From Candidatus Kuenenia stuttgartensis (GTDB taxonomy: Bacteria; Planctomycetota; Planctomycetia; Pirellulales; UBA1268): a stretch of 64,000 nt of DNA. The stretch spans positions 4,795 through 68,794 of the forward strand of contig CAMBSN010000001.1 in NCBI GenBank assembly GCA_945870505.1. Direction: 5' to 3'. This document shows positions 17,352 through 26,805 of this stretch, one piece after another. How positions within the stretch are numbered: position 1 is the first letter of the stretch; every line of letters begins with the position of its first letter. Under the pieces are notes generated by a model, which was not told the DNA's origin, did no database searches, and saw only the letters and a list, made by a program, of their open reading frames with translations. A program made the translations under genes and the position numbers.

Positions 17352-18608
17352 TCACCTGCCAGACTCCGCCTGCTTTTCCTTGAGTGACCGGATCTGTTCC
17401 TGCTGCCGCTCCTTCTGAATCACGGGATCGCGATTGAGCTGTAGTTCGAGCTTGCCAGGGACGGTGTAGAACGTCTCCACGTCGCCGGTCAGGATCCGCT
17501 CACGGGCATCCTCCCAGAGCCGCGAGAGGATGATCCGTGGATTGCGTTCGTACTGGGGAAGGAGCCGCTGGAAGGTCTCGCTATCCCCCTTCACCCGCTC
17601 CACCACCTGGGTGCGGTAGGTCTTCGCCGCATTGACGACCTGGGCGACCTCGCCGCCGATCGATGCCCCCTCGATCCTCAGCTCGCCAAACGCTTCCTCG
17701 ATTCCCCGCTCGCTGGCCGCGGCCTCGTCCGGGGTGCCGGCCTCGCCAGCCCGCTCAAACCGATCGAGCAGGGCCAGGATCTTCTCCGCCCCCTCGCCGG
17801 CCGTCTCGCCCAGGATTCGCGCTCGATCCTGCTGGGCCGTCACGATCCGCTGTGACCGATCCGACTCGGCGGTGGTGACGGCGTCAAAGCTGGCGATCAC
17901 GCTCACCGGCGCCGACACCTTATCGAGCGTCAACTGGTCGACCGTCAGCCCCGTACCCATTTCCGTGAGCCGCCGCTGCGCCACGGCCGTCGCCACCTCT
18001 CGGTTGACCACGCCCTTCAAGAGATCGTCCGCGGGCAGCTGCGCGATCGCCTGGACGATCCCCTGCTGGGTGGCACAGGCGACGAGGCTCTCGGCGAGCG
18101 GACGCTCCCCCACATTGGTCGTGTAGGCGACCGGATCGGTCACGCGGTACGTCACGGTCCAACGGGCGTGGGCGATGTTCATGTCGCCCGTCACGAGGGA
18201 GCCGTCGCGGACCGGATTGAGCGGCCGGGCGCGAGAGTTACGGATCTGATCCCGGGTCATGCCCTGGTCGCGATCACCCGACTCGTACCAGAACGCCTCG
18301 TCGATCGCGAGCGTCATGGGCCGCGTGTCGATCTTAATAACCTGCTCGAGCGGAAACGGAGCCGCCAGATAAGTGCCCCGCTCCAGCACCCGCTGGCCGG
18401 GGCTCCCCACGTAGTCGCCGAATCGTAGCCGCAGCGCCACTTCGTTCGATCCGACACTGAACGTGCCGCTGAAGGCGTAGGCGATGAGGGCCACGACCAT
18501 CGCGGCCTTAAGGAGGCCAAAACTCACCCGCAGTGCCTCGGCAAGCGACTGCTGGGCGGGATCGAGAGGCTCGATATCGGCCTCGGAACGGTCGGTGGAA
18601 TTCGTCAT
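17352..18608 (-). CDS. SPFH/band-7 domain protein, HflK-like
   Basis: N-terminal TM helix. SPFH core (NEVALRLRFGDYVG..., SLVTGDMNIAHARWTVTYRVTDPVAY, GLTVDQLTLDKVSAP), then a long coiled-coil-like tail. ATGA overlap with the upstream SPFH gene. Confidence 0.75.
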   Translation of the reverse strand: MTNSTDRSEADIEPLDPAQQSLAEALRVSFGLLKAAMVVALIAYAFSGTFSVGSNEVALRLRFGDYVGSPGQRVLERGTYLAAPFPLEQVIKIDTRPMTLAIDEAFWYESGDRDQGMTRDQIRNSRARPLNPVRDGSLVTGDMNIAHARWTVTYRVTDPVAYTTNVGERPLAESLVACATQQGIVQAIAQLPADDLLKGVVNREVATAVAQRRLTEMGTGLTVDQLTLDKVSAPVSVIASFDAVTTAESDRSQRIVTAQQDRARILGETAGEGAEKILALLDRFERAGEAGTPDEAAASERGIEEAFGELRIEGASIGGEVAQVVNAAKTYRTQVVERVKGDSETFQRLLPQYERNPRIILSRLWEDARERILTGDVETFYTVPGKLELQLNRDPVIQKERQQEQIRSLKEKQAESGR

Positions 18609-19609
18609 CGTCCGACCCCGCCCCCTGTGGCCTGCGGGGGACGTCCGGCCGGCTTCCCGGTAGGTAGCCCCTGCCCTGGGTCGCGGTTGAACCAGTCGAG
18701 GATCCCGAGACTGTCTGCCGAAAGCACGAACGTCGTGTTGTGGTCGAGCATCTTCTTGAGCGCCTCCACCTTCCGTAGGAAGATCGCAAACTCTTCGTTC
18801 TTGGCGAAGCTCTCGTACTCCTTCGAGGCCTCGCGGTCTCCCTGCGAGCGGATCGCCTGGGCCCGCCTCTCGGCGAAAGCGAGGATCCTATCCCGGGAAC
18901 TCTTGGCCTCACTGCGAATGGCGGAGGCCTGGGCCTGACCCTCTTGAAGCGCGTTCTCCGCAAGCCGCTCGCGGGTTTTGATCATTGTCTCGAAGATCTT
19001 CTCGGTGGTCGCTTCCGGGAGCACGAGCTTATAGATGCCCACGCTCTCAACCTTAAGGCCGTAGCCGGATTGTTCCAGCGACTTTTCCAGCGCCTGCTTC
19101 GCTTCATCTTCGATCGCGGCGAGTTTGAGCTTGTCGCGGTCGAGATTCACGAGCTCGTCGAGACGGTAGCGACTGATAATGCCGCGGATCTCCCGCAGTC
19201 GGCTGGCAAGCTGACGTGCCGCCTCGCTCGGATCCTTGAGGGTGATATAGAAATCAAGCGGGTTCTCGATTCTCCACGTTAGGTACGTGCGCACGATGAC
19301 GCTCTTGCCGTCGGCGGTCTGCAACTCCTCGATCTTGTCCTCGAGGAGTTGCAGCCGCTTGGAATAGTGGGTGATCTTGTGGATCGGCCACGGCAGCCGC
19401 CACTTCAGGCCGGGTGTGTCCTGCACGCTCCCCTCGTCAGCCTTGTCGAAGGTCGTGCGGACCGCCACCTGGTCGTAACGGACCTGATAGAGAAACATGT
19501 GGGAGAGCAGGGCCGCTGCGATCAGGCAGCCGATCAGGATCGTGAATGAGTTTTTCATGGGTCTGTCGTCTCCGTGCCGCCATGCAAGGCCAGCACGCTC
19601 CAGGGTCAT
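18605..19609 (-). CDS. SPFH/band-7 domain protein, HflC-like
   Basis: TM helix FTILIGCLIAAALLSHMF. YQVRYDQVAVRTTFDK...PGLKWRLPWPIHKI, LTWRIENPLDFY, GLKVESVGIYKLVLPE, RERLAENALQEGQAQASAIRSEA. ATGA overlap with the upstream gene; alternative start ATG 19558 (MKNSF). Confidence 0.8.
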   Translation of the reverse strand: MTLERAGLAWRHGDDRPMKNSFTILIGCLIAAALLSHMFLYQVRYDQVAVRTTFDKADEGSVQDTPGLKWRLPWPIHKITHYSKRLQLLEDKIEELQTADGKSVIVRTYLTWRIENPLDFYITLKDPSEAARQLASRLREIRGIISRYRLDELVNLDRDKLKLAAIEDEAKQALEKSLEQSGYGLKVESVGIYKLVLPEATTEKIFETMIKTRERLAENALQEGQAQASAIRSEAKSSRDRILAFAERRAQAIRSQGDREASKEYESFAKNEEFAIFLRKVEALKKMLDHNTTFVLSADSLGILDWFNRDPGQGLPTGKPAGRPPQATGGGVGR

Positions 19610-21729
19610 TGTCCGAGCAGGGTGTCGAGGGCCGAGGTCGGGTCGCTGAAGTCCATCTGCAGGATCGGGAGGTCCCCCTGGTCGCCGGCGATGATGAACT
19701 TCCGCCGCTCCGCCAGGCCGTCGGCAAGCACCTCGAGGAACTTCCGCACGCGGTAGTAGTTCGGCGACTTTTCGAAGGCCAAAAGCTCCCCGGCGAAACG
19801 CTCGCGGGCGCTGCGTTCGCCGACCGCCTTCGTCCAGCGGTAGCCGCGGGCGGCGTGAATCAGTTCCGCAGCCTCGCCTCGGGCCTCGCCGAGCAGCGTC
19901 TCGATGTCGAGTTCCAGGATCGCGGTCCGCCGAGCCACGGCTGGGTCGTCGCCCACGGTCGTCCGCAGGGCATCGAGTTCGAGGATCGCGGCGTTAATCC
20001 GGTTGCTGTGGTCGACCGAGCCGGCCACCTTCGCCAACATCGTCACAGCTTCTTTCCGACCCGCCTCGATCAGCGTCTCTCGCTCCTGTTGGGCGCCGAT
20101 CTGCCGGTGGAATGCCCGGGCCACCTTACCTCCCGGTGGCTTGAGGACTGTCACCGAAACGCCCACCACGTCAAGCCCCAACCCGAGGCGGTTGGCCCGA
20201 TCCTGAATCGCCTTTTCCAACACGACGCCCCCTTCAGTGCGGCCGCTGGTCAGCAGTTCGTCGAGGCAGTGGCTGACGAAATAGCGGCTCGCCTCCTGCT
20301 GGGCAATCAGGGTGATCGCCTCCCGCGGGGATAGCGAACCTTCTAGAAAGTCGAGGAGGTCGCGGACGCGGTATTGGACAACGAGGTCGGCGGCGATGAC
20401 CGCCAGCCCACCCGCGCCCTCAGCCCGCGCGTCGAGGACCGTCGGGTAGTACTCCATGCCGACCGTGTCGAATCGATCGTCGCCGCTGCTCCAGAGAATC
20501 GCCTGCTGGTTCGCCGAGCGACCGATGGGATCGCTCGAGACTTCGATCTGCAGCACTTTGCCAACGGGGTAGGTCGCGGCAGTCTCGATCGGCCACGGCA
20601 GCTTGATGTGGATGCCGGGCCCCCGGGCGGCCCCCCGCACCGCACCACACCGCATCACCACGCCCTGCTCATCGGGGCCGACGACTACGAGCGTCGACAG
20701 GGCCACCAGCACGGCACCGCCAAGAATCGTGAGCGGCGTGATGGCCCGTCCGAGGAGCCGGTAGAGCCAGCTCCGCGAGACCTCGACGCCGAACTGGTAG
20801 TTGATCAACTCGCCGACCACCTGCCCCAGCGACTCGGGTGCCGTCAGCAGGCCGAGCACTCGGCTGTCGAACGCCGGCCTCGGAACCTCGCCTGGCCGCC
20901 GCGGCCGGTAGGCTTCCAGCAGGCCCGTGAGCAGAATCTCAGACCCGACGAGCATCATCACGCAGGGCACCGCCACCGCGACGATGCGGAAGAACGAGGT
21001 GTCGTCGAGAAGCGCCGCCACGACTGCTCCCGCCAGCACGAGCGCGGCGAGCACGAAGCAGCTCATCAGGTAGCTGGCGCCACCCCGCAGCAGTCGCCAG
21101 GCCCTGACGCGTGTGTAGCCGCTGATCCAGCGAGCGGAGATGAAGGCCACGAACGCAATCGCCGCCGAGACGAACAGGAGCCCCACCGGGCTCGCCCCCG
21201 GCGCGAGTGTGGTTACCACGTTCGGTCCAGCCGCGGCGGCAAGCCGCCAGAACCGCCACACGAGCGCCGCACCGGCGACGATCAGATAGACCGCCACCAG
21301 GAAACTCACCGCCGGAAGCCCGACGCCGAGCAGGCTCGACAGCCGCTGGCGCGCTCGCTGGAGTTCGTCGGAAAGATCGCCGAACAGCACGGACGATGCG
21401 GCGTCTTGCGCCGCGAGTTTCTCCGCGGCCAGGGATTCCCGCCGCTCCGCGTCGTACTGCGCGTAGACCAGCGCCAGAATGATCCAGATCGGCAGTCCAC
21501 CCAGCATGTGCCAGGTCGCCGCCTGGATCGCGGGGCTCTGCGTCCAGAGGCCAACAAGCGCCGTCGCGACCGTCAGTCCCACCTGGATGACCAGGCCGGC
21601 GATGGCGGCATTGGTACCGCGGCGGTAGACGAGAGGATCGTCGATCACGAATGAAGGTTCCGGCTGGCAGGATGCCCACGGCCGGCGCAGAATGCCGCCC
21701 GAGTCTGTCAACGGACTCCAGTTTACCAT
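19606..21729 (-). CDS. Polytopic membrane protein with C-terminal SPFH/band-7 domain
   Basis: The first ~380 aa contain about 7 hydrophobic helices. The SPFH core follows (GPDEQGVVMRCGAV...GIHIKLPWPIE, DLVVQYRVRDLLDF, GLDVVGVSVTVLKPP, AFHRQIGAQQERE). Start is uncertain: ATG 21729 avoids overlap with the divergent gene, while the ORF track gives 21906. Confidence 0.7.
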   Translation of the reverse strand: MVNWSPLTDSGGILRRPWASCQPEPSFVIDDPLVYRRGTNAAIAGLVIQVGLTVATALVGLWTQSPAIQAATWHMLGGLPIWIILALVYAQYDAERRESLAAEKLAAQDAASSVLFGDLSDELQRARQRLSSLLGVGLPAVSFLVAVYLIVAGAALVWRFWRLAAAAGPNVVTTLAPGASPVGLLFVSAAIAFVAFISARWISGYTRVRAWRLLRGGASYLMSCFVLAALVLAGAVVAALLDDTSFFRIVAVAVPCVMMLVGSEILLTGLLEAYRPRRPGEVPRPAFDSRVLGLLTAPESLGQVVGELINYQFGVEVSRSWLYRLLGRAITPLTILGGAVLVALSTLVVVGPDEQGVVMRCGAVRGAARGPGIHIKLPWPIETAATYPVGKVLQIEVSSDPIGRSANQQAILWSSGDDRFDTVGMEYYPTVLDARAEGAGGLAVIAADLVVQYRVRDLLDFLEGSLSPREAITLIAQQEASRYFVSHCLDELLTSGRTEGGVVLEKAIQDRANRLGLGLDVVGVSVTVLKPPGGKVARAFHRQIGAQQERETLIEAGRKEAVTMLAKVAGSVDHSNRINAAILELDALRTTVGDDPAVARRTAILELDIETLLGEARGEAAELIHAARGYRWTKAVGERSARERFAGELLAFEKSPNYYRVRKFLEVLADGLAERRKFIIAGDQGDLPILQMDFSDPTSALDTLLGQ

Positions 21730-21863
21730 CGAGAAAACCACCGGCTGCCAGAGCCTGGACGGAGGTCGAGTCTCGGCCTTCGTGCGGGAACCGCCCCCGA
21801 GCGATCGACGGCCGGTGGTAAGGTGGCCGTCCGCCATCCATACCCCCGGCTTGCAGACAGCCC

Positions 21864-22850
21864 ATGCTCCTCCTCGCCGTCGCCCGTAACGCGTTCCTTG
21901 AGTCAATTCGCCAGCCGGTATTCCTGGTACTCGTGCTGGCTGGCATCGTGGCGCTTGTGCTCAACGTTAATCTGGCCGCCTTCACGCTCGAGGACGATAC
22001 CAAGCTCTTCATCGACCTGGGCCTGAGCACGCTGTTCCTGGTCGGACTGCTCCTCGCCGCCTTCACGGCGACGAGCGTGCTGACCCGGGAGATCGAGAAC
22101 AAGACGGTGCTGACCGTCGTCAGCAAGCCCGTGCCGAGACCCGTGCTGGTCATCGGCAAGTACGTCGGCGTGGTGGCGGCGCTCGCCATCGGCTACTGGT
22201 CGCTGGCGGCCATGTTTCTCCTGGCGATCCGCCATCGGGTGCAGTCGGGTGTCGGTGCCGAAGTGGCCTTCGACCTGCCGGTACTCATCTTCTCGCTCCT
22301 GTTTGGTGGGCTGGCTCTCGCCGGCTCGGCGCTGGCCAACTACCTCCATCGCCGCCCCTTCCCGAGCGTGTTCGTAGTCAGCCTTGCGGCCGCGCTCACT
22401 GCGGCGCTCGGCGTGGTCTGGTGCATTGACCGGAACTGGCGATTCCAGAGCCCTGCCGTGGACTGGAACCCCCAGGTCATGATCGGGCTGCTGCTGGTGT
22501 TTGAGGCCCTCGTCGTGCTCGCCGCCGTGGCGATTGCGGCGAGCACGCGCCTGGGTCAGATCCCGACGCTCCTCGCCTGTCTCACGGTGTTCCTCGTGGG
22601 CCTGGTGAGTGAGTACTTCCTGGGCACAGTCGTGGGGGCGACCGACCGGCCCGCCTGGCTGCGGGCCGTCTGCTGGCCGTTCTACGTGGCCGTGCCGAAC
22701 CTGCAGTTCTTCTGGCCCGCCGATGCCCTCACCCAGGGCCACGCGATCACCGGCGGCTACATCGGCGCCGTCACGCTCTACGCGGCCTTCGTCGCCGCCG
22801 CGATGCTCAGCCTGGCCGTGCTGCTCTTCCAGCGGCGCGACGTCGGCTAG
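21864..22850 (+). CDS. ABC-2-type transporter permease
   Basis: Six or more hydrophobic helices. N-terminal LLAVARNAFLESIRQPVFLVLVL and loop motif TREIENKTVLTVVSKPVPRPVLVIGKYVG. Divergent from the SPFH/ABC cluster. Confidence 0.65.
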   Translation: MLLLAVARNAFLESIRQPVFLVLVLAGIVALVLNVNLAAFTLEDDTKLFIDLGLSTLFLVGLLLAAFTATSVLTREIENKTVLTVVSKPVPRPVLVIGKYVGVVAALAIGYWSLAAMFLLAIRHRVQSGVGAEVAFDLPVLIFSLLFGGLALAGSALANYLHRRPFPSVFVVSLAAALTAALGVVWCIDRNWRFQSPAVDWNPQVMIGLLLVFEALVVLAAVAIAASTRLGQIPTLLACLTVFLVGLVSEYFLGTVVGATDRPAWLRAVCWPFYVAVPNLQFFWPADALTQGHAITGGYIGAVTLYAAFVAAAMLSLAVLLFQRRDVG

Positions 22851-24858
22851 CCTCTACCTCGGCAAGCCGCTCAGCCTCCGAGCGTTCGATCTCTTCGCCG
22901 CAGCGGACGAGGCGGGCCGAGTTGAAAATGACGATCAGGCCACTGACGATGTGCAGGAACGCTGCCATCACCGGAGAGACATAGCCGGCCCCCGCCAGGG
23001 CCAGGAACACGACGATGAAGGCGGCGCCGATCACCATGTTCTGCCGAATAACACCGATCGTCCGCCGTGAAAGCTCGATCAGGAACGGCACGCGGTTGAG
23101 ATTGCTGTTGAGCAGGGCGATGGTTGCGGAATGAATCGCCACGTCGCTGCCAGCAGCGCCCATCGCGATCGAGATGTCACCGGCGGCGAGCGCCGGGGCG
23201 TCATTGACGCCGTCGCCGATCACTGCCACGCGGTGCCCCTGCGCCTTGAGGGCGTCGACCATCTCGAGCTTCTCGTGCGGCAGCACCTCGGCCTTGAACT
23301 CACTGAAGTGCATCTGCTCGGCCACCCGCCGCGCCACGCTCCGGCGGTCGCCGGTGAGGATCACCAGCCGCTTGAGGCCCAGGGCCCGCAGGCGATCCAC
23401 TGCCTCGGCCGCCTCGGGCCGGGCGTTGTCCTCGAGTCCGATCCAGCCGACAAGCCGGCCGTCTCGCACCACGAACAGCACGCTCAGACCATCGGCAGCG
23501 TCGCTGGCCTGCACCTCCTCGATCGCCCGGGCCTCTGCGGCGGCGAGGCCGCCGTTAGTTCCGGCGAGCCAGGCGGCCCGCCCCACCATCACCCGACTGC
23601 CGTCGACGGTGGCCACCACGCCCCGACCGGCCACCTCCTCGAAGACCTCGGGCCTGACCAGCGGGAGATTCGCCCGCCTCGCCATTTCGGTGACGGCCCG
23701 AGCCACGGGATGGCGACTGTCCTGCTCGACCGATGCGGCGAGCCGCAGCAGGTCAGACGCCTCCACGCCGCCGACAGGGGATAGCCGGGTGACCGCGAGC
23801 ACGCCGGTTGTCAGCGTGCCGGTCTTGTCAAACACGATCGCCGTCAGGTTGCGGGCGGCCTCGAGCGTGACCACGCTCTTGACCAAGACGCCGAGCCTCG
23901 CGGCCGCAGAAAGGGCCGCCACCATCGCCGTGGGCGTGGCCAGAATCAGCGCGCTGGGGCAGGCCACGACGAGCATGGCGATCGCCCGACTAAAGGCGGT
24001 CTCGGGATCGCTCCGCAGCGCGAAGAATAGCACCACACCAACCAGCATCAGCACCGTCGGCGTGTACCAGACGGCGTACTGGTCGACCAGCCGCATGATC
24101 GGCGTCCGCGTGCGCTCGGCTTGCAGGATCAGGTCCTTGACGCGTCCGAGCAGCGTGTCGGCACCCGCCTTCGTGACCTCAATGTCGAGAGCTCCGGTGA
24201 GGTTGATCGTGCCACCGAAGACCTCGTCGCCCCCCAGTTTGTCGGCTGGCAGCGATTCTCCGGTGATGCTCGCCTGGTTCACGGTGCTGGTGCCCGCGAG
24301 AATGCGGCCATCGGCGGGGATCGTGTCGCCGGGGCGGACGCGGACGCGGTCACCCGGACGGAGATCCTTGGCTTCGACGACTTCCTCGCGGCCATCCTGG
24401 GCGTTCGCCCCACCCACGAGACGATGCGCCCTCGTCGGCGCCAGTTTGATGAGCGACTCAATGCTCGCCTGGGCCCCAATCGCCGTCCGTTTCTCGATCA
24501 GCGACGAGACGATCATGAACAGCGCAACAGCGGCACTTTCCTGATACTTCCCCGAGGCCGCCGCGCCCACGACGGCGAGGGCCACCAGCGCGTTCATGCC
24601 CGCCTGACCCTTCACCAGATCCTTGACGGCGGCGGCCACCAGCGGCGCCCCCATGAGCAGGGCGGCCAGAGCGGCCGGGATCGCTGGATAAAAATCCTTC
24701 GCCCACAGGAATTGGGCGACGAGGGAACAGGCCAGCAGCGTGGCGCCCACCAACGTGGCGGCGATCTGCAGTCGGAGCGTGCGGCCAACGGCGGCGTCTG
24801 CCGCCGCGGGCGCTATATCGCCGGATGCCGATTCGATGGGGATCGTCGCCGAAGCCAT
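22807..24858 (-). CDS. P1B-type (heavy-metal) P-type ATPase without an N-terminal metal-binding domain
   Basis: TGES (SITGESLPADK), DKTGTLT, SRHPVARAV (HP motif), GDGVNDAPALAAGDISIAMG. The transmembrane metal motif reads VVACPSALILATP. Start at ATG 24858 (MASATIP); the longer ORF-track start is Arg-rich. Confidence 0.9.
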   Translation of the reverse strand: MASATIPIESASGDIAPAAADAAVGRTLRLQIAATLVGATLLACSLVAQFLWAKDFYPAIPAALAALLMGAPLVAAAVKDLVKGQAGMNALVALAVVGAAASGKYQESAAVALFMIVSSLIEKRTAIGAQASIESLIKLAPTRAHRLVGGANAQDGREEVVEAKDLRPGDRVRVRPGDTIPADGRILAGTSTVNQASITGESLPADKLGGDEVFGGTINLTGALDIEVTKAGADTLLGRVKDLILQAERTRTPIMRLVDQYAVWYTPTVLMLVGVVLFFALRSDPETAFSRAIAMLVVACPSALILATPTAMVAALSAAARLGVLVKSVVTLEAARNLTAIVFDKTGTLTTGVLAVTRLSPVGGVEASDLLRLAASVEQDSRHPVARAVTEMARRANLPLVRPEVFEEVAGRGVVATVDGSRVMVGRAAWLAGTNGGLAAAEARAIEEVQASDAADGLSVLFVVRDGRLVGWIGLEDNARPEAAEAVDRLRALGLKRLVILTGDRRSVARRVAEQMHFSEFKAEVLPHEKLEMVDALKAQGHRVAVIGDGVNDAPALAAGDISIAMGAAGSDVAIHSATIALLNSNLNRVPFLIELSRRTIGVIRQNMVIGAAFIVVFLALAGAGYVSPVMAAFLHIVSGLIVIFNSARLVRCGEEIERSEAERLAEVEASRRRAAGRAARPG

Positions 24859-24964
24859 GGCGTCAACTATATCCACGCTCGCCGCGCCGCAACGGACCAA
24901 CAAAAAACCGCGGCCGCCCGAAGGCGGCCGCGGCATGCAATCGTTGTCGCCAAGGCGGGATCGA

Positions 24965-26062
24965 TCACTCGTATGAGCCGGTCTGTGCCGTGCGCAGACG
25001 ACGTGTCCACATCTGGTCGGCGACCTCTTGGTAGCCAAGGTCTCCGATCGTCCCATCCTTCGCATTGCCGAGATAACCGTCACCCGTGTTCTTGACCTCC
25101 GTCGCACCCGACGTGACCGTGTCCTGAACCTTCTCGACGTGCAGGTCGGCGAACAGGATCGGCGCGTAGCCGCCGCCGCCGCCAGCCGTCTTCGGCTGGT
25201 GAAGGGGTTCGATCGCCGTGAACTCGTGAATCTTCACGCCCGCGGTGGTGTCACCGGTCACGGTTCCCGCAACCGTCATGCCGCCAGTGAAACTCTGCGT
25301 CAGCAGGTCGTTCGCCTTGACGACCGGACTGCCGACAAAGTTGACCATGGTCGTCGCATCAGCAGCGAGGACCGGGGTCGCTGCCGCCCGGGCCGGTCCC
25401 ATCAACGCCACGCGGGCCGCGGTCGTATTACCCTGGGCGAGGTGGTTCTGCGTCAGCGGACCATCACCATTCGTCAGGCTCTTCGTGCCCGGGTCATAGC
25501 CGGTCGAGGCCGTGGGGTCGCCGCGGCTGAAGTGCCACGTGGTGGCGTAGTTGGTGTTATGGCCTTGATCCCACACTTCTTTGGCCTTCGCGTCGCCACC
25601 AAAGGCAGTTTCGCCCGACTTGCTGGCGAAGGAGTCGGCACTTTCCCAGCGGCCAGCGTCGATGCCGCTCTGAAAGTTGGCGGTCGTATCGCTGCCACTG
25701 ACACCCATGTACGAGGCCGTCGTCGCGCTGACCTTGTTACGGCTGCCTTGGTCGAGGGCCTTGCCCGGCTGCGACACCTTCTGGGTGATCAGATCGGCCA
25801 CCCAGCCATATGTGCGGACATCGCCGTCACGGCAGTGGTCATAGGCACCGGAACTGTAGTTCCCGTTGTTGGCATTCGCGTAAAGTTCGAATCCGCGTCC
25901 GAAACCCGACATGTTGCTGGCGCTGCCCGAGGCGTTGGCCGCCGAGCGGGCTGACGAAAGGGCTGGCAGCAGCAGGGCCACCAGAACGCCGATGATCGCG
26001 ATCACGACCAGCAGCTCGACGAGCGTGAAGCCGCGACGAACGCGGCACGACGAACGACTCAT
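24965..26062 (-). CDS. DUF1559-type protein with prepilin N-terminal cleavage/methylation domain
   Basis: [45 protein letters not shown], and C-terminal ILFADLHV. Start at ATG 26062 (MSRSSCRV). Confidence 0.8.
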   Translation of the reverse strand: MSRSSCRVRRGFTLVELLVVIAIIGVLVALLLPALSSARSAANASGSASNMSGFGRGFELYANANNGNYSSGAYDHCRDGDVRTYGWVADLITQKVSQPGKALDQGSRNKVSATTASYMGVSGSDTTANFQSGIDAGRWESADSFASKSGETAFGGDAKAKEVWDQGHNTNYATTWHFSRGDPTASTGYDPGTKSLTNGDGPLTQNHLAQGNTTAARVALMGPARAAATPVLAADATTMVNFVGSPVVKANDLLTQSFTGGMTVAGTVTGDTTAGVKIHEFTAIEPLHQPKTAGGGGGYAPILFADLHVEKVQDTVTSGATEVKNTGDGYLGNAKDGTIGDLGYQEVADQMWTRRLRTAQTGSYE

Positions 26063-26305
26063 GAGAAGAGTTCCTTCTTGAGGGATGTGACCGTTCAGGA
26101 CACGCCACACAGAGTGGACACCAGACCTGACGGGATTCGGATGCAGTCGTATACGCAGCGAACCCCCAAAAGGATCATTTCGCCCGCCGCCCCGTGACGA
26201 AGACTGTCTGTCCGAAGAATCACATCCTAACGCCAACGAAAGGACCAGTCGATCGCGAGGCCAAAAAAATCGGCATTTTCTGAGGAAACCACTCTCTCGG
26301 GTGGG

Positions 26306-26755
26306 CTACCGAATCCGGCAGGATCCATCCGCACAGCCGCCTGAGATGCGGTAACGGTTGCGGGCCACCAGGCGATAGAGGGCGGCCCAGAGCGGCATGC
26401 TGCCTGGCACATGGAGCGGCAGGGCAAGCGGCCACAGGGCTACCAGTCGCCGGGAGAGGTAACGGACGGCCGCCGCCCCCCGCCATTCCCGACCGCGGGT
26501 GTCCACCACCACCATCTCCTCCATCATTTCCTGCCGCGACAACCCCGGAAAGGCCTCCAAAACGCTTGGGTCGTGGAGGGATGTGAACTCCAGCCGGCCG
26601 GTGAGGTCGAGCCGGCGAAGGATCGAGATTTGGCCGCGGCAGAAGCGACAGTTGCCGTCGTAGAGCACGGTATCGCGGGGCGGCAGAGATGGCGGGGCGG
26701 AAGGTGATCGGGCCTGGGCCATGGTGGCGCCCCGGTGGCGATGAATGAACTCCAT
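26306..26755 (-). CDS. DCC1-like thiol-disulfide oxidoreductase (DUF393 family)
   Basis: VLYDGNCRFCRGQISILRRLD (CxxC), then AAAVRYLSRRL and LYRLVARNRYRISG. Alternative start ATG 26722. Confidence 0.75.
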   Translation of the reverse strand: MEFIHRHRGATMAQARSPSAPPSLPPRDTVLYDGNCRFCRGQISILRRLDLTGRLEFTSLHDPSVLEAFPGLSRQEMMEEMVVVDTRGREWRGAAAVRYLSRRLVALWPLALPLHVPGSMPLWAALYRLVARNRYRISGGCADGSCRIR

Positions 26756-26805
26756 GCTCCTAACCGCTCATCGGCACCGCCGCCAACGCGGGCGTCGCTT
26801 TTCGA

